Shown here: piece after piece, positions 16,459 through 25,958 of the stretch | Layout of the letters: each line of letters starts with the position of its first letter | Position numbering within the stretch: the stretch's first letter is position 1 | Assembly (NCBI GenBank): GCA_026387835.1 | Contig: JAPLKZ010000007.1 | Location: forward strand, 35,284-67,283 | DNA length: 32,000 nt | Direction: 5' to 3' | Origin: Candidatus Saganbacteria bacterium | GTDB lineage: Bacteria; Margulisbacteria; WOR-1; JAKLHX01 | Translations under genes and position numbers: made by a program | The notes under the pieces: generated by a model | Seen by the model: only the letters and a program-made list of their open reading frames with translations | Told to the model about the DNA's origin: nothing | Database searches by the model: none

Positions 16459-17588
16459 AAATACCTTATGCGACGCAATGGATAGATGACGACGACATAG
16501 ATGCGGTCGTTAAAGCGTTAAAAACATCTCATCTGACCCAGGGGCCGGTCGTAAATGAGTTTGAAAAGCAAGTCGCTCTTTATTGCGGCGCAAAATATGC
16601 CGTTGCGGTGAATTCGGGCACCTCTGCGCTTCACGCGGCCTGCTTCGCGGCGGGTATCGGAAAAGGCGATGAAGTAATAACTTCCCCCATAACTTTCGTG
16701 GCTTCCGCCAATTGCGTGCTGTATTGCGGCGGAAAACCTGTTTTTGCCGACATCCAGGAAGACACAGTAAATGTCGATCCTCTTTCAATAGAAAAACATA
16801 TCGGTTCAAGGACAAAAGCGATTATCCCCGTGCATTTTGCGGGCCATCCGTGCGACATGAAAGAGATAAAGCGGATCGCGGATAAGAGCAGTTTGATGGT
16901 GATCGAGGATTGCTGCCACGCGCTCGGTGCGGAAAATGAAGGCTCAAAAATAGGTTCTTGCAAGCATAGCGATATGGCGGTGCTGAGTTTTCACGCGGTA
17001 AAGCATATAACCACAGGTGAAGGCGGCATGGTGCTGACAAACAATAAAGATATTTACGAAAAGCTTTTAATGTTCCGGACGCATGGGATAACGAGGCAGC
17101 AGGACAAACTGGAGCGGCCTGATGAAGGCCCCTGGTATTACGAAATGCAGATGCTCGGATTTAATTACAGGATCACCGATTTTCAATGCGCTCTCGGCAT
17201 CAGCCAGCTGAGCAAGCTTGAAATGTTCGTCAAGCGCAGAAGAGAGATCGTAAAGAAGTATAACGGCGCGTTTTCCGGGATAGACGGCCTGGTCATCCCT
17301 GTTGAGCGCGCCAATGTGAAAAGTGCGTGGCATTTATATGTTTTAAGATTGAAAAATGACAGGAAACTCATTTTTGACAGGTTAAAAAAGGCCGGCATCG
17401 GTGTCAACACGCATTATTTTCCTGTCTATCTCCAGCCGTATTATCAAAGCATCGGCTACTTAAGCGGTTTGTGCCCTAAGGCCGAAAACTATTATTCCCA
17501 GGCCATAACGCTGCCTCTTTTCCCGAAGATGAGCGATGAAGATGTTGAAACAGTGATAAAGGAAGTAAAAAAGGCAGTACAAAAATGA
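16455..17588 (+). CDS. pseC: UDP-4-amino-4,6-dideoxy-N-acetyl-beta-L-altrosamine transaminase
   Basis: MKIPYATQWIDDDDIDAVVKALKTSHLTQGPVVNEFEKQVALYCGAKYAVAVNSGTSALHAAC...ITSPITFVASANCVLYCGGKPVFADI; ATGA overlap with pseB. Confidence 0.94.
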   Translation: MKIPYATQWIDDDDIDAVVKALKTSHLTQGPVVNEFEKQVALYCGAKYAVAVNSGTSALHAACFAAGIGKGDEVITSPITFVASANCVLYCGGKPVFADIQEDTVNVDPLSIEKHIGSRTKAIIPVHFAGHPCDMKEIKRIADKSSLMVIEDCCHALGAENEGSKIGSCKHSDMAVLSFHAVKHITTGEGGMVLTNNKDIYEKLLMFRTHGITRQQDKLERPDEGPWYYEMQMLGFNYRITDFQCALGISQLSKLEMFVKRRREIVKKYNGAFSGIDGLVIPVERANVKSAWHLYVLRLKNDRKLIFDRLKKAGIGVNTHYFPVYLQPYYQSIGYLSGLCPKAENYYSQAITLPLFPKMSDEDVETVIKEVKKAVQK

Positions 17589-18466
17589 GCAAGATAGCCC
17601 TTGGAACAGCGCAATTCGGCCTCGACTACGGGATAAACAACAAAAGAGGGAAGATCCCGCAGGCAGAGATATTTGAAATACTGGACCTCGCATCACAAAA
17701 CGGGATCGATATGCTGGATACCGCCCCGGCTTACGGCGGCAGCCAGGAAATTATCGGAGAATATCAGGCCGCTCACGGCAGCAGATTCAATGTGGTCTCA
17801 AAGCTTTCCAAAGGGTCATTTCCGGATATACAAAAAGCGATCGATGGTATTTTGACGGAAATAAGAGCGAAAACATTGTACGGTTTGATATATCACAGTA
17901 TTGATGATTTTAAGGCAAATGAGGATAGCTGGAAAACACTCGAAGATAATAAGGCCAATGGCAGGATAAAAAAGATCGGTTTTTCACTTTATACCCCGCG
18001 TGAGCTTGAATATCTCTTTGAAAAGTCGGTAAGGTTTGATCTTGTGCAGGTGCCTTACAGCATTTTTGACCAGAGATTTAAAAAGTATTTTAAGGTGCTG
18101 AAAGAGAGAAATGTTGAGGTGCATGTAAGGTCCGTTTTCTTGCAGGGTTTGTTCTTTATGGATGCAAATAAGCTCGACCCATTTTTTCTCGGCATTAAAA
18201 ACGAGCTTGAGCATCTTCGCGAGATAACTGATGAGCTCAAAATATCTATGGTGGATCTTTGCCTCGGATTTGCTTTGATGAACAACAGTGCCGATATGGT
18301 GGTCGCGGGAGTAGACGGCATTAACAATTTAAGAGAGATAATATCCGCTTTAACAAACCTAGACGCAATAAAAAACATATACGAGAAACTTCTTGATCTG
18401 GAGATTGATGATGAAAAATTTCTGCTTCCGTTCAATTGGAAATTATGCGCTAAAGGGGCTATTTAA
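17585..18466 (+). CDS. Aldo/keto reductase
   Basis: IALGTAQFGLDYGINNKRGK...NGIDMLDTAPAYGGSQEIIGEY...TLYGLIYHSIDDF...VQVPYSIFDQRF; ATGA overlap. Confidence 0.88.
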   Translation: MSKIALGTAQFGLDYGINNKRGKIPQAEIFEILDLASQNGIDMLDTAPAYGGSQEIIGEYQAAHGSRFNVVSKLSKGSFPDIQKAIDGILTEIRAKTLYGLIYHSIDDFKANEDSWKTLEDNKANGRIKKIGFSLYTPRELEYLFEKSVRFDLVQVPYSIFDQRFKKYFKVLKERNVEVHVRSVFLQGLFFMDANKLDPFFLGIKNELEHLREITDELKISMVDLCLGFALMNNSADMVVAGVDGINNLREIISALTNLDAIKNIYEKLLDLEIDDEKFLLPFNWKLCAKGAI

Positions 18467-19239
18467 TGAATGTAGTTGCGATAATCCAAGCCAGGACAAG
18501 TTCGACAAGATTGCCTAATAAAGTTCTTCTTGATCTTGAAGGCAAGACAGTGCTTGAACGGGTAATTGAAAGGGTATCAGCCGCGAAGACCGTTGACAGA
18601 GTGGTCGTGGCGACCAGTATAGATAAAAGCGATGATGCGATAGAAGAGATTTGTAAAAAAGCCGGCATCGATTGTTACAGGGGATCTCTTGAAGATGTTC
18701 TTGACAGGTACTATCAGGCGGCAAAAAAGTATGGAGCCGATAGTATTGTCCGAATAACTGCCGATTGCCCTTTGATGGACCCGTCTATTATTGATTCGAC
18801 CGTAAGTAAATACATTAGCAGTGGAGCAGATTATATTTCCAACGCTTTAAAAGAGACATTCCCTGACGGAGAAGATGTCGAGATATTTACTTTTAAGGCA
18901 TTAGAGCGAGCGTGGAATGAATCAAAAAAAACTTCGGAACGTGAGCATGTGACACCTTATATCAGGAACAATACAAATATTTTCAAGATAGCGGGATTTG
19001 AGGCTGACAGGGATTTGTCGGAAAAAAGATGGACATTGGACAATGCGGAGGATTATGAGTTTTTGGTAAAAGTATATTCCCGCCTTTATAAAACGAATCC
19101 GCTCTTTGGATTGGAAGAGATATTAGAGTTATTAAAAAACGAACCCGATCTAAATAAGATAAATAGTCATATTGTCCGCAATGAAGGGTATGCGAGATCA
19201 TTGCGTGATGATAAATCAGTAAAAGAGGAGGATTTGTAA
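18466..19239 (+). CDS. SpsF-type nucleotidyltransferase, putative CMP-nonulosonate cytidylyltransferase
   Basis: MNVVAIIQARTSSTRLPNKVLLDLEGKTVLERVIERV...YRGSLEDVLDRYYQAAKKYGADSIVRITADCPLMDP. Confidence 0.87.
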   Translation: MNVVAIIQARTSSTRLPNKVLLDLEGKTVLERVIERVSAAKTVDRVVVATSIDKSDDAIEEICKKAGIDCYRGSLEDVLDRYYQAAKKYGADSIVRITADCPLMDPSIIDSTVSKYISSGADYISNALKETFPDGEDVEIFTFKALERAWNESKKTSEREHVTPYIRNNTNIFKIAGFEADRDLSEKRWTLDNAEDYEFLVKVYSRLYKTNPLFGLEEILELLKNEPDLNKINSHIVRNEGYARSLRDDKSVKEEDL

Positions 19240-20549
19240 TGGGAAAAGGACAAGAATTATACAAGAGGGCAAAACAAATAATTCCCGGAGGCACGCAATT
19301 GCTTTCTAAAAGGCCGGAAATGTTCTTGCCGGACCTATGGCCGGCTTATTATGATAAAGCAAAGGGCTGCGAGGTTTGGGACCTGGACGGGAATAAATAT
19401 ATTGATATGAGTTACATGGGAGTGGGGTCTTGTATTCTTGGATATGCTGATCCGGATGTTAATGCCGCTGTTGAAAAGGCCGTTAAAAACGGTTCAATGT
19501 GTACACTTAACGCGCCGGAAGAGGTGGAATTGGCCGATCTGCTCTTAAACCTTCATCCATGGGCGGAAATGGTGAGATATGCCCGCACAGGCGGAGAATC
19601 AATGAGTATTGCAGTCAGGATAGCAAGGGCGGCCACTAAAAAAGATATGATACTTTTTAGCGGATATCATGGTTGGCATGATTGGTATTTATCTTCAAAT
19701 CTGGCTGATGATAAATCCTTGGACGGCCATCTGTTGCCGGGGCTATCTCCGAATGGTGTTCCAAGAGGATTGTCGGGCACTGCAAAACCTTTTATTTATA
19801 ATGATACTGACGGATTCCTTTCCTTAATAGAAAAATTCCGAGGGAAAATCGCGGCTGTCGTTGTGGAAACAATAAGAAGCGATGATCCGAAACCGGAATT
19901 CCTTGAAACGATCAGAAAAGTAACAAAAGAAAATGGAATTGTGATGATCGTTGATGAGGTGAGTTCCGGATGGAGATTGAATGTGGGAGGCGCGCATCTT
20001 CTTTTTGGGATCGCGCCTGATATCGCGGTATTCGCTAAGGGGATCAGCAATGGATTTCCGATGGCTGCAATTATCGGGATTAAAAATATAATGCAAACGG
20101 CGCAGGACAGTTTTATAAGCAGTACTTATTGGACAGATAGGATTGGTCCCGCTGCAGCTCTGGCGACGATAAGAAAAATGAAAATACACGATGTGCCAGA
20201 TCACCTGATAACTGCCGGTAAAAAAGTAAAGGCGGGCTGGCAAGCATTGTCTTTAAAGCACGATTTAGATGTCAAGGTATCGGGAATGGATCCCATCGGG
20301 CATTTTGACTTTAATTACAAAGACCCCCTGATTTTAAAAACGCTGTTTACGCAATTAATGCTTGGCAAAGGGATTTTGGCAACAACAGCTTTTTATGCAT
20401 CTTATGCTCATAAAGATAAGCATGTTAAGTATTATTTAAATTCTGCGGATGAAGCCTTTGGCTTTATTAAAAAGGCCATATTAGAAGGCAATCCTCAAAA
20501 GTATTTAAAAGGCCCAATATGTCATTCTGGTTTTAAAAGGTTAACCTAG
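19239..20549 (+). CDS. Class III (glutamate-1-semialdehyde aminomutase-like) aminotransferase
   Basis: ELYKRAKQIIPGGTQLLSKRPE...VRYARTGGESMSIAVRIARAATKKDMILFSGYHGWHDWYLS...FAKGISNGFPMAAIIG with a candidate PLP Lys. Confidence 0.88.
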   Translation: MGKGQELYKRAKQIIPGGTQLLSKRPEMFLPDLWPAYYDKAKGCEVWDLDGNKYIDMSYMGVGSCILGYADPDVNAAVEKAVKNGSMCTLNAPEEVELADLLLNLHPWAEMVRYARTGGESMSIAVRIARAATKKDMILFSGYHGWHDWYLSSNLADDKSLDGHLLPGLSPNGVPRGLSGTAKPFIYNDTDGFLSLIEKFRGKIAAVVVETIRSDDPKPEFLETIRKVTKENGIVMIVDEVSSGWRLNVGGAHLLFGIAPDIAVFAKGISNGFPMAAIIGIKNIMQTAQDSFISSTYWTDRIGPAAALATIRKMKIHDVPDHLITAGKKVKAGWQALSLKHDLDVKVSGMDPIGHFDFNYKDPLILKTLFTQLMLGKGILATTAFYASYAHKDKHVKYYLNSADEAFGFIKKAILEGNPQKYLKGPICHSGFKRLT

Positions 20550-21649
20550 TGGAAAATAATGTCATTATCAGGGTGGATTCTTCGCCAGAAATAGGAAGCG
20601 GCCATTTAATGCGGTGCTTGGCACTGGCGGATAAATTGCATGAGAAAGGTATGCAAGTCTCATTTATATGCCGTGAACTGCGGGGGAATATATGTCAACT
20701 GATCGATGAGAAAAAACATAAATTATTTCATTTGCCATATTATGGTAAAGGGGCTGAAGGTGATGATAAGTCCGGATATTTAAATTGGCTGGGTGTGTCT
20801 TTTCAAAAAGATGCAGATGAGACAGTCAAAGTCATAAATAACAAATTAGGGAGTGTTGAATTGTTGATCGCCGATCATTATGCTTTAAATGAAGAATGGG
20901 AAAAATCAATACGTCCGTATGTTAAAAAAATAATGGTTATCGATGACCTGGAAGACCGTAAACACGATTGTGATATTCTGTTGGATTGCAACTATAATAC
21001 TCCCGATAAAGAGAGATATGTTAACTTAATACCCAAATATTGCAAGCTGCTTTTAGGCCCTAAATATGCCTTACTCAGGAATGAATTTATAGAAGCAAGA
21101 AGACAATTAAAGGAAAGAACCGGAAGAGTAGACCGGATTTTAGTTTATTATGGCGGGGCCGATCTTACCAATGAAACGAAAAAAACAATTAATGGCCTTA
21201 TACAATTAAATCGTCCGGAAATTGAAATAAATGTGATCATCGGGGCTTTAAATAAGAATAAAATAAATATTGAGAAAATGTGTTCCGCTCTCCCTAATGC
21301 GAAATGTTATTCGCATATAAATAATATGGCCCAAATAATGATGTCGGCGGACCTGTTTATCGGTGCGGCAGGGATCACAACCTGGGAAAGGTGTTGTTTG
21401 GGCTTACCATCGATCGTGATAACTGTGGCAAATAACCAAGTAAAAATTATCGAAAATATGGCAAAAGATGATTGCCTGTATCTATTGGGAGAAAATTATA
21501 AAGTAAATGATAAGGATATTTGTGCGGCAGTTAAATATATGATCGATCATCCGGAGGTGTTGAAGAGTTATTCTTTAAACTCGATTGATCTTGTGGACGG
21601 AACGGGGGCCGAGAGGTGCGCTGATTTGATAAACAGCATTAATAATTGA
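20549..21649 (+). CDS. pseG: UDP-2,4-diacetamido-2,4,6-trideoxy-beta-L-altropyranose hydrolase
   Basis: VIIRVDSSPEIGSGHLMRCLALADKL...LIADHYALNEEWE...MVIDDLEDRKHDCDILLDCNY...GPKYALLRNEF...ADLFIGAAGITTWERCCLGLPSIVIT; GTG start overlapping the previous TAG. Confidence 0.93.
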   Translation: MENNVIIRVDSSPEIGSGHLMRCLALADKLHEKGMQVSFICRELRGNICQLIDEKKHKLFHLPYYGKGAEGDDKSGYLNWLGVSFQKDADETVKVINNKLGSVELLIADHYALNEEWEKSIRPYVKKIMVIDDLEDRKHDCDILLDCNYNTPDKERYVNLIPKYCKLLLGPKYALLRNEFIEARRQLKERTGRVDRILVYYGGADLTNETKKTINGLIQLNRPEIEINVIIGALNKNKINIEKMCSALPNAKCYSHINNMAQIMMSADLFIGAAGITTWERCCLGLPSIVITVANNQVKIIENMAKDDCLYLLGENYKVNDKDICAAVKYMIDHPEVLKSYSLNSIDLVDGTGAERCADLINSINN

Positions 21650-21662
21650 AAGGACAATATCA

Positions 21663-22550
21663 ATGGGAAAAGAAAAATATAAGATAATAAAAGATCCAAA
21701 ACATGATTATTTGCGAATAGATCCAATCCCCACCCAGCAAGAAGTTGAGCGGTATTATAAGGAAGAATTCTACTCGTCAGCATACAAACAATTTAACGAT
21801 TCTTCCCTTAAGGTGCAAAAAGAGGAACAAGAGTTCTTTAAAAGTCGATGGGAAAGCATTTGCAATATATGTATGAATATCTACGGCGGGCTGGAAGGGT
21901 TGTCTTTATTTGACATCGGTTTCGGATATGCCCAGGCGCTTTTATATTTCAGGGAAAAAGGCATGAAAGTCAGTGGTTTAGAGCCTTCACCTGAAGGTGT
22001 AGAATATGCAAAATCTCAGGGGTTGGATGTGTTTCAGTCTGGAATTGAGGATTTTTCCTGTGTAGGATCGAGACGCTATGACATTGTTACGCTAATCAAT
22101 GTCCTGGAACATCTTCGCGATCCGGCAGATGTTTTAATGAACATAAAAAAACAACTATTAAAACCCAACGGATTATTGGTCTTAGATGTGCCCAATGAGT
22201 TTAATGACTTTCAGACAGCAGCCAATGAGGAATATTCGCTCGATGAATGGTGGGTCTGTCCGCCAAACCATATTAATTATTTTTCCGGAAATTCATTGAG
22301 TAAACTGTTGAATGATTGTGGATATGAAATAAAAAGCAAGGAGGCATCTTTTCCTTTAGAGATATTTCTGCTAATGGGAGATATTTATGTCGGGAATAAT
22401 GAACTTGGCGGAATATGTCACAATAAGCGTGTTAAGTTCGAATATCTTATGAAAAAGCACGGTAAAGGCCAAAAATTAACCAAATTTTATCAGGCTTTGG
22501 CTGACCTTGATCTCGGAAGACAAACAGTGGTTTATGCGACCCCGAAATAG
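21663..22550 (+). CDS. Class I SAM-dependent methyltransferase
   Basis: LSLFDIGFGYAQALLYFREKGMKVSGLEPSPEGVEYAKSQG...DIVTLINVLEHLRDPADVLMNIKKQLLKPNGLLVLDVPNE. Confidence 0.9.
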   Translation: MGKEKYKIIKDPKHDYLRIDPIPTQQEVERYYKEEFYSSAYKQFNDSSLKVQKEEQEFFKSRWESICNICMNIYGGLEGLSLFDIGFGYAQALLYFREKGMKVSGLEPSPEGVEYAKSQGLDVFQSGIEDFSCVGSRRYDIVTLINVLEHLRDPADVLMNIKKQLLKPNGLLVLDVPNEFNDFQTAANEEYSLDEWWVCPPNHINYFSGNSLSKLLNDCGYEIKSKEASFPLEIFLLMGDIYVGNNELGGICHNKRVKFEYLMKKHGKGQKLTKFYQALADLDLGRQTVVYATPK

Positions 22551-22570
22551 AAATTAGAGGAGGGATATTT

Positions 22571-23638
22571 ATGGAGTTTGTTGATCTTAGCCGATATTTG
22601 CCAGTTAAGGGAGAGGAAATATTGCCATTCAGTGAGCTGCGCAAAATGAAGCCGGTATGGCTTACGTCAGATCTTCAGATCGTAGATGAGCCTGAAAATA
22701 TGACTTATGCTAAGTATTTAGCAGAAAAGGGGATCGCGGTTACGGCCATAAGAAAACGACCTCCCTTTTCAAAGTATATAGACAGGACCTCTTTCCCGAG
22801 GCGGATACTATTTGAGATGACCAGCAGATGCAATTTTGAATGTCGGATGTGTCCCCAGCAAAACCTAAAGCGGCCTCGTATGGATATGCCGGGTGAGCTT
22901 TACAGAAAAGTTGTTGATGAAATAGATAAATATGGTGTCGAAGGTCTCTGGTTGTATCATTTAGGGGAATCTCTTTTGCATCCGGAATTTCGCGATAATC
23001 TTAAGCATATCAGCACAAAGAAGAATCTCGGGGTGATCTGGATGAGCACTAATGGACAATATTTTAATGAAGATAATATTCGATGTGTTCTTGCGTCAAA
23101 TATTGATTATATCAATTTTTCCGCGCACGCTGTAACAAAAGAAACATATAAAACCGTGGCTTCTCAAGGAGATTTTGATGTTGTTCAGGGCAATTTGGAA
23201 AATTTTTATTCAATTAAAGGAACGGACAATCTCCCTCGAAAACCATATTTACATTGCCAGATGATAGAACAGGAGACAACTAAACATGAGATCGATGCTT
23301 TTATTGCCAAGCATTATAAGCGCGCGGAAGTTGTAAGCATAAACATGCTTGAGTATGTCAATCTCCCGAATAATGCTTATGGTTTAAAGCAAAGAGAGCG
23401 CAAACCGTTGACTTCTTGCATGCGCATATCCAGAAATGATTGTTTTATATGTTCAAATGGCCACGTAACGCTTTGTGACGCGGCTTATAATGGCGAAATA
23501 TTTCTTGGGGACGTTAATAAACAGGCTCTTTATGATATTTGGAATGGCCAGGAACGCAAGAAAATACTGGAGCTTAACAAACAAGGACGAATGAGAGAAA
23601 TTGAAATATGTTCAAAATGTACGGACTACGATATTTAA
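22571..23638 (+). CDS. Radical SAM protein with SPASM-like C-terminal Cys motif
   Basis: FEMTSRCNFECRMCPQQNLKRPRMDMPGELYRKVVDEI (CxxxCxxC), C-terminal CMRISRNDCFICSNGHVTLCDAAYNGEIFLGDVNKQALYDIWNG...CSKC. Confidence 0.9.
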   Translation: MEFVDLSRYLPVKGEEILPFSELRKMKPVWLTSDLQIVDEPENMTYAKYLAEKGIAVTAIRKRPPFSKYIDRTSFPRRILFEMTSRCNFECRMCPQQNLKRPRMDMPGELYRKVVDEIDKYGVEGLWLYHLGESLLHPEFRDNLKHISTKKNLGVIWMSTNGQYFNEDNIRCVLASNIDYINFSAHAVTKETYKTVASQGDFDVVQGNLENFYSIKGTDNLPRKPYLHCQMIEQETTKHEIDAFIAKHYKRAEVVSINMLEYVNLPNNAYGLKQRERKPLTSCMRISRNDCFICSNGHVTLCDAAYNGEIFLGDVNKQALYDIWNGQERKKILELNKQGRMREIEICSKCTDYDI

Positions 23639-23641
23639 GCC

Positions 23642-24151
23642 ATGAGAGAACATGCGAACATTTCTTTAAATGAATTTACCGGTGATCACATAAACCAGGC
23701 CTATGAATGGGTGAAAAACCCCGGGTTCAAACATTTATTTTTATTGAGGGGAGAGATTACCTTCGAAGGGAACCAGCGTTATTTCGAGAAAGTTATGTCG
23801 GATCCTTGTCAAAAAGTATACGCCATTTACTATAACGGGAAACATATCGGTAATTGCGGAATTAAAGATATATCGCTAAAAAACAAGGAAGCAGAGATCT
23901 GGATTTATATCGGGGACCCTTCATTGCGGGGGAAAGGCGTCGGATCGCAGGCCACTAAAAAACTGCTAATAGAAGCAGCTAAAAAATTCGGTATAGAAAA
24001 GACATATTTGCATGTCGCAGAATATAATACCGCCGCAATTAAAATGTACAAAAATCTTGGATTTAAAGAGGTCCCATTAAGAAAAATGGAAGGTGAATGG
24101 TCAGGCCGCGGTTGTGAAATAATATATATGGAGTTAAAAAATATTTTATGA
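23642..24151 (+). CDS. GNAT N-acetyltransferase, PseH-like
   Basis: IGNCGIKDISLKNKEAEIWIYIGDPSLRGKGVGSQATKKLLIEAAKKFGIEKTYLHVAEYNTAAIKMYKNLGFKE; only simple GNAT among otherwise complete pse genes. Confidence 0.82.
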   Translation: MREHANISLNEFTGDHINQAYEWVKNPGFKHLFLLRGEITFEGNQRYFEKVMSDPCQKVYAIYYNGKHIGNCGIKDISLKNKEAEIWIYIGDPSLRGKGVGSQATKKLLIEAAKKFGIEKTYLHVAEYNTAAIKMYKNLGFKEVPLRKMEGEWSGRGCEIIYMELKNIL

Positions 24152-24918
24152 ATGTAGCCATGATGCAGCCGACATTTTTACCCTGGACAGGATATTTTGA
24201 GCTGATCAGCAAAGCGGAAAAATTCATCATCCTGGACGATTTTCAGTTTTCAGTCCAAAGCTATCATCAGCGCACGCGTCTTTTCATTGACAAGGCAAGG
24301 ATTGCCTGGTATACAGTCCCGGTCAGGAAGGATATCTCATTTGGGAAGCCGCTCAACGTTACCAGAATAAACGAGGATCTTCCTTGGCGGAAGAAAATGG
24401 CGAGGTGCATCGAGCAGAATTACGGCAAGGCCCCTTATTTTAAAGAATTATATCCTCAAGTCAGTGAATGGTTATTAAAACCGGCAGATTCACTTTCTGC
24501 GCAGAATGTCGCTTTTATTAAATTGGCTTGTGAAATTCTTGGTTGGCAAAAAGAGATTATCTACAGCTCGCAATATCCTTCGACGTTAAAAAGATCCGCT
24601 AGAGTGTTAGATCTGTTGCGCCGGGCCGGGGCTAAACGTTATCTCTGCGCGAGGGGCGCATTTGAATACATGAAAGCCGAAGGGCTCTTTCCTGTCAACG
24701 ACATTGAGGTTGTTTTTCAAAATCACCATCCCCAGCCATATCCGCAGGTCGGTTCGCCGGCAGAATTCGTTCCTTATTTGTCAATCCTGGACGCTCTTTT
24801 TAATGTTGATCCGGCACGTGCGGCCGAACTTGCAAATACAGGAACAACCAAATGGCTGACATGGCAGGAGATGGCCAAGGCGGCCGGTGAACAAAAGGAG
24901 AATCTCGATGAAAATTAA
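24148..24918 (+). CDS. WbqC-like family protein
   Basis: VAMMQPTFLPWTGYFELISKAEKFIILDDFQFSVQSYHQRTRLFIDKARIAWYTVPV is the WbqC family signature. Confidence 0.88.
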   Translation: MNVAMMQPTFLPWTGYFELISKAEKFIILDDFQFSVQSYHQRTRLFIDKARIAWYTVPVRKDISFGKPLNVTRINEDLPWRKKMARCIEQNYGKAPYFKELYPQVSEWLLKPADSLSAQNVAFIKLACEILGWQKEIIYSSQYPSTLKRSARVLDLLRRAGAKRYLCARGAFEYMKAEGLFPVNDIEVVFQNHHPQPYPQVGSPAEFVPYLSILDALFNVDPARAAELANTGTTKWLTWQEMAKAAGEQKENLDEN

Positions 24919-25957
24919 GATAGGGAAGAGATCGGTCGGGGAAGGCTGCGAGCCGCTCATTGTTGCTGAGATGTCTGGTAATCATAACCGCTCACTCAAG
25001 CGGGCGCTGGCGATAGTTGACGCGGCTGCTAAGGCCGGAGTTCATGCTTTAAAAATCCAAACATATACTGCCGATACGATGACGCTCGATCTGAATTGCG
25101 GAGAATTTTTCATCAAGGACAAAAAAAGCCTCTGGAAAGGAAAATCTCTTTATGAACTTTATAAGCGGGCCGCAACCCCCTGGGAGTGGCATAAGGTGAT
25201 CTTTGACCGATGCAGGGAACATGGGATCATCGGTTTTAGCACGCCATTCGACGCGACCGCTGTCGATTTTTTGGAAAAATTGAATGTTCCCTGCTATAAG
25301 ATCGCTTCCTGTGAACTGGTGGATATTCCGCTGATCAAGAAGGCGGCATCGACCGGTAAACCGCTGTTAATGTCGACCGGCATGGCGACACGTCGGGAGA
25401 TAGCCGAAGCGATCGGCGCGGCCAGAAAGGCAGGCTGCCGTAAATTGGTCCTGCTTAAATGTACCAGTTCTTATCCGGCTGATCCAAAGGATTCAAATCT
25501 AGAGACCATTTATGATATGAAAAAAAGATTTGGATGTGAGGTCGGTTTATCAGATCATACATTAGGGATCGGGGTATCTTTAGCAAGTATTGCATTGGGA
25601 GCGGCAGTTATAGAAAAACATTTTACATTATCAAGAAAAGATGGCGGGGTTGATTCGGTTTTTTCTATGGAGCCCGATGAGATGCGGATGTTAGTTGAGG
25701 AAGCAAGTATAGCGTGGCGATCCTTGGGGAAGATATCTTACGAGCTATCCAGTAAGGAAAAAAAATCGCTTGTATTTAGGCGATCATTATATGCCATAAA
25801 AGATATTAAAAAGGGAGAAACTATTACAAAAGATAATGTCAGGTCTATAAGACCCGGGTTAGGGCTTCCGCCGAAATACATTGATGACATTATTGGCAGG
25901 AAAATTAACAGAAACATCACTAAGGGGACGCCGATGAGATGGGACATTATGAAATAG
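24908..25957 (+). CDS. pseI: Pseudaminic acid synthase
   Basis: PLIVAEMSGNHNRSLKRALAIVDAAAKAGVHALKIQTYTADTMTLD...FSTPFDATAVDFLEKLNVPCYKIAS...GLSDHTLGIGVSLASIALGAAVIEKHFTLSRKDGGVDSVFSMEP, C-terminal SAF. ATG 24908 (SD AAGGAG 24895-24900) preferred over 24887. Confidence 0.94.
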   Translation: MKIKIGKRSVGEGCEPLIVAEMSGNHNRSLKRALAIVDAAAKAGVHALKIQTYTADTMTLDLNCGEFFIKDKKSLWKGKSLYELYKRAATPWEWHKVIFDRCREHGIIGFSTPFDATAVDFLEKLNVPCYKIASCELVDIPLIKKAASTGKPLLMSTGMATRREIAEAIGAARKAGCRKLVLLKCTSSYPADPKDSNLETIYDMKKRFGCEVGLSDHTLGIGVSLASIALGAAVIEKHFTLSRKDGGVDSVFSMEPDEMRMLVEEASIAWRSLGKISYELSSKEKKSLVFRRSLYAIKDIKKGETITKDNVRSIRPGLGLPPKYIDDIIGRKINRNITKGTPMRWDIMK

Positions 25958-25958
25958 A

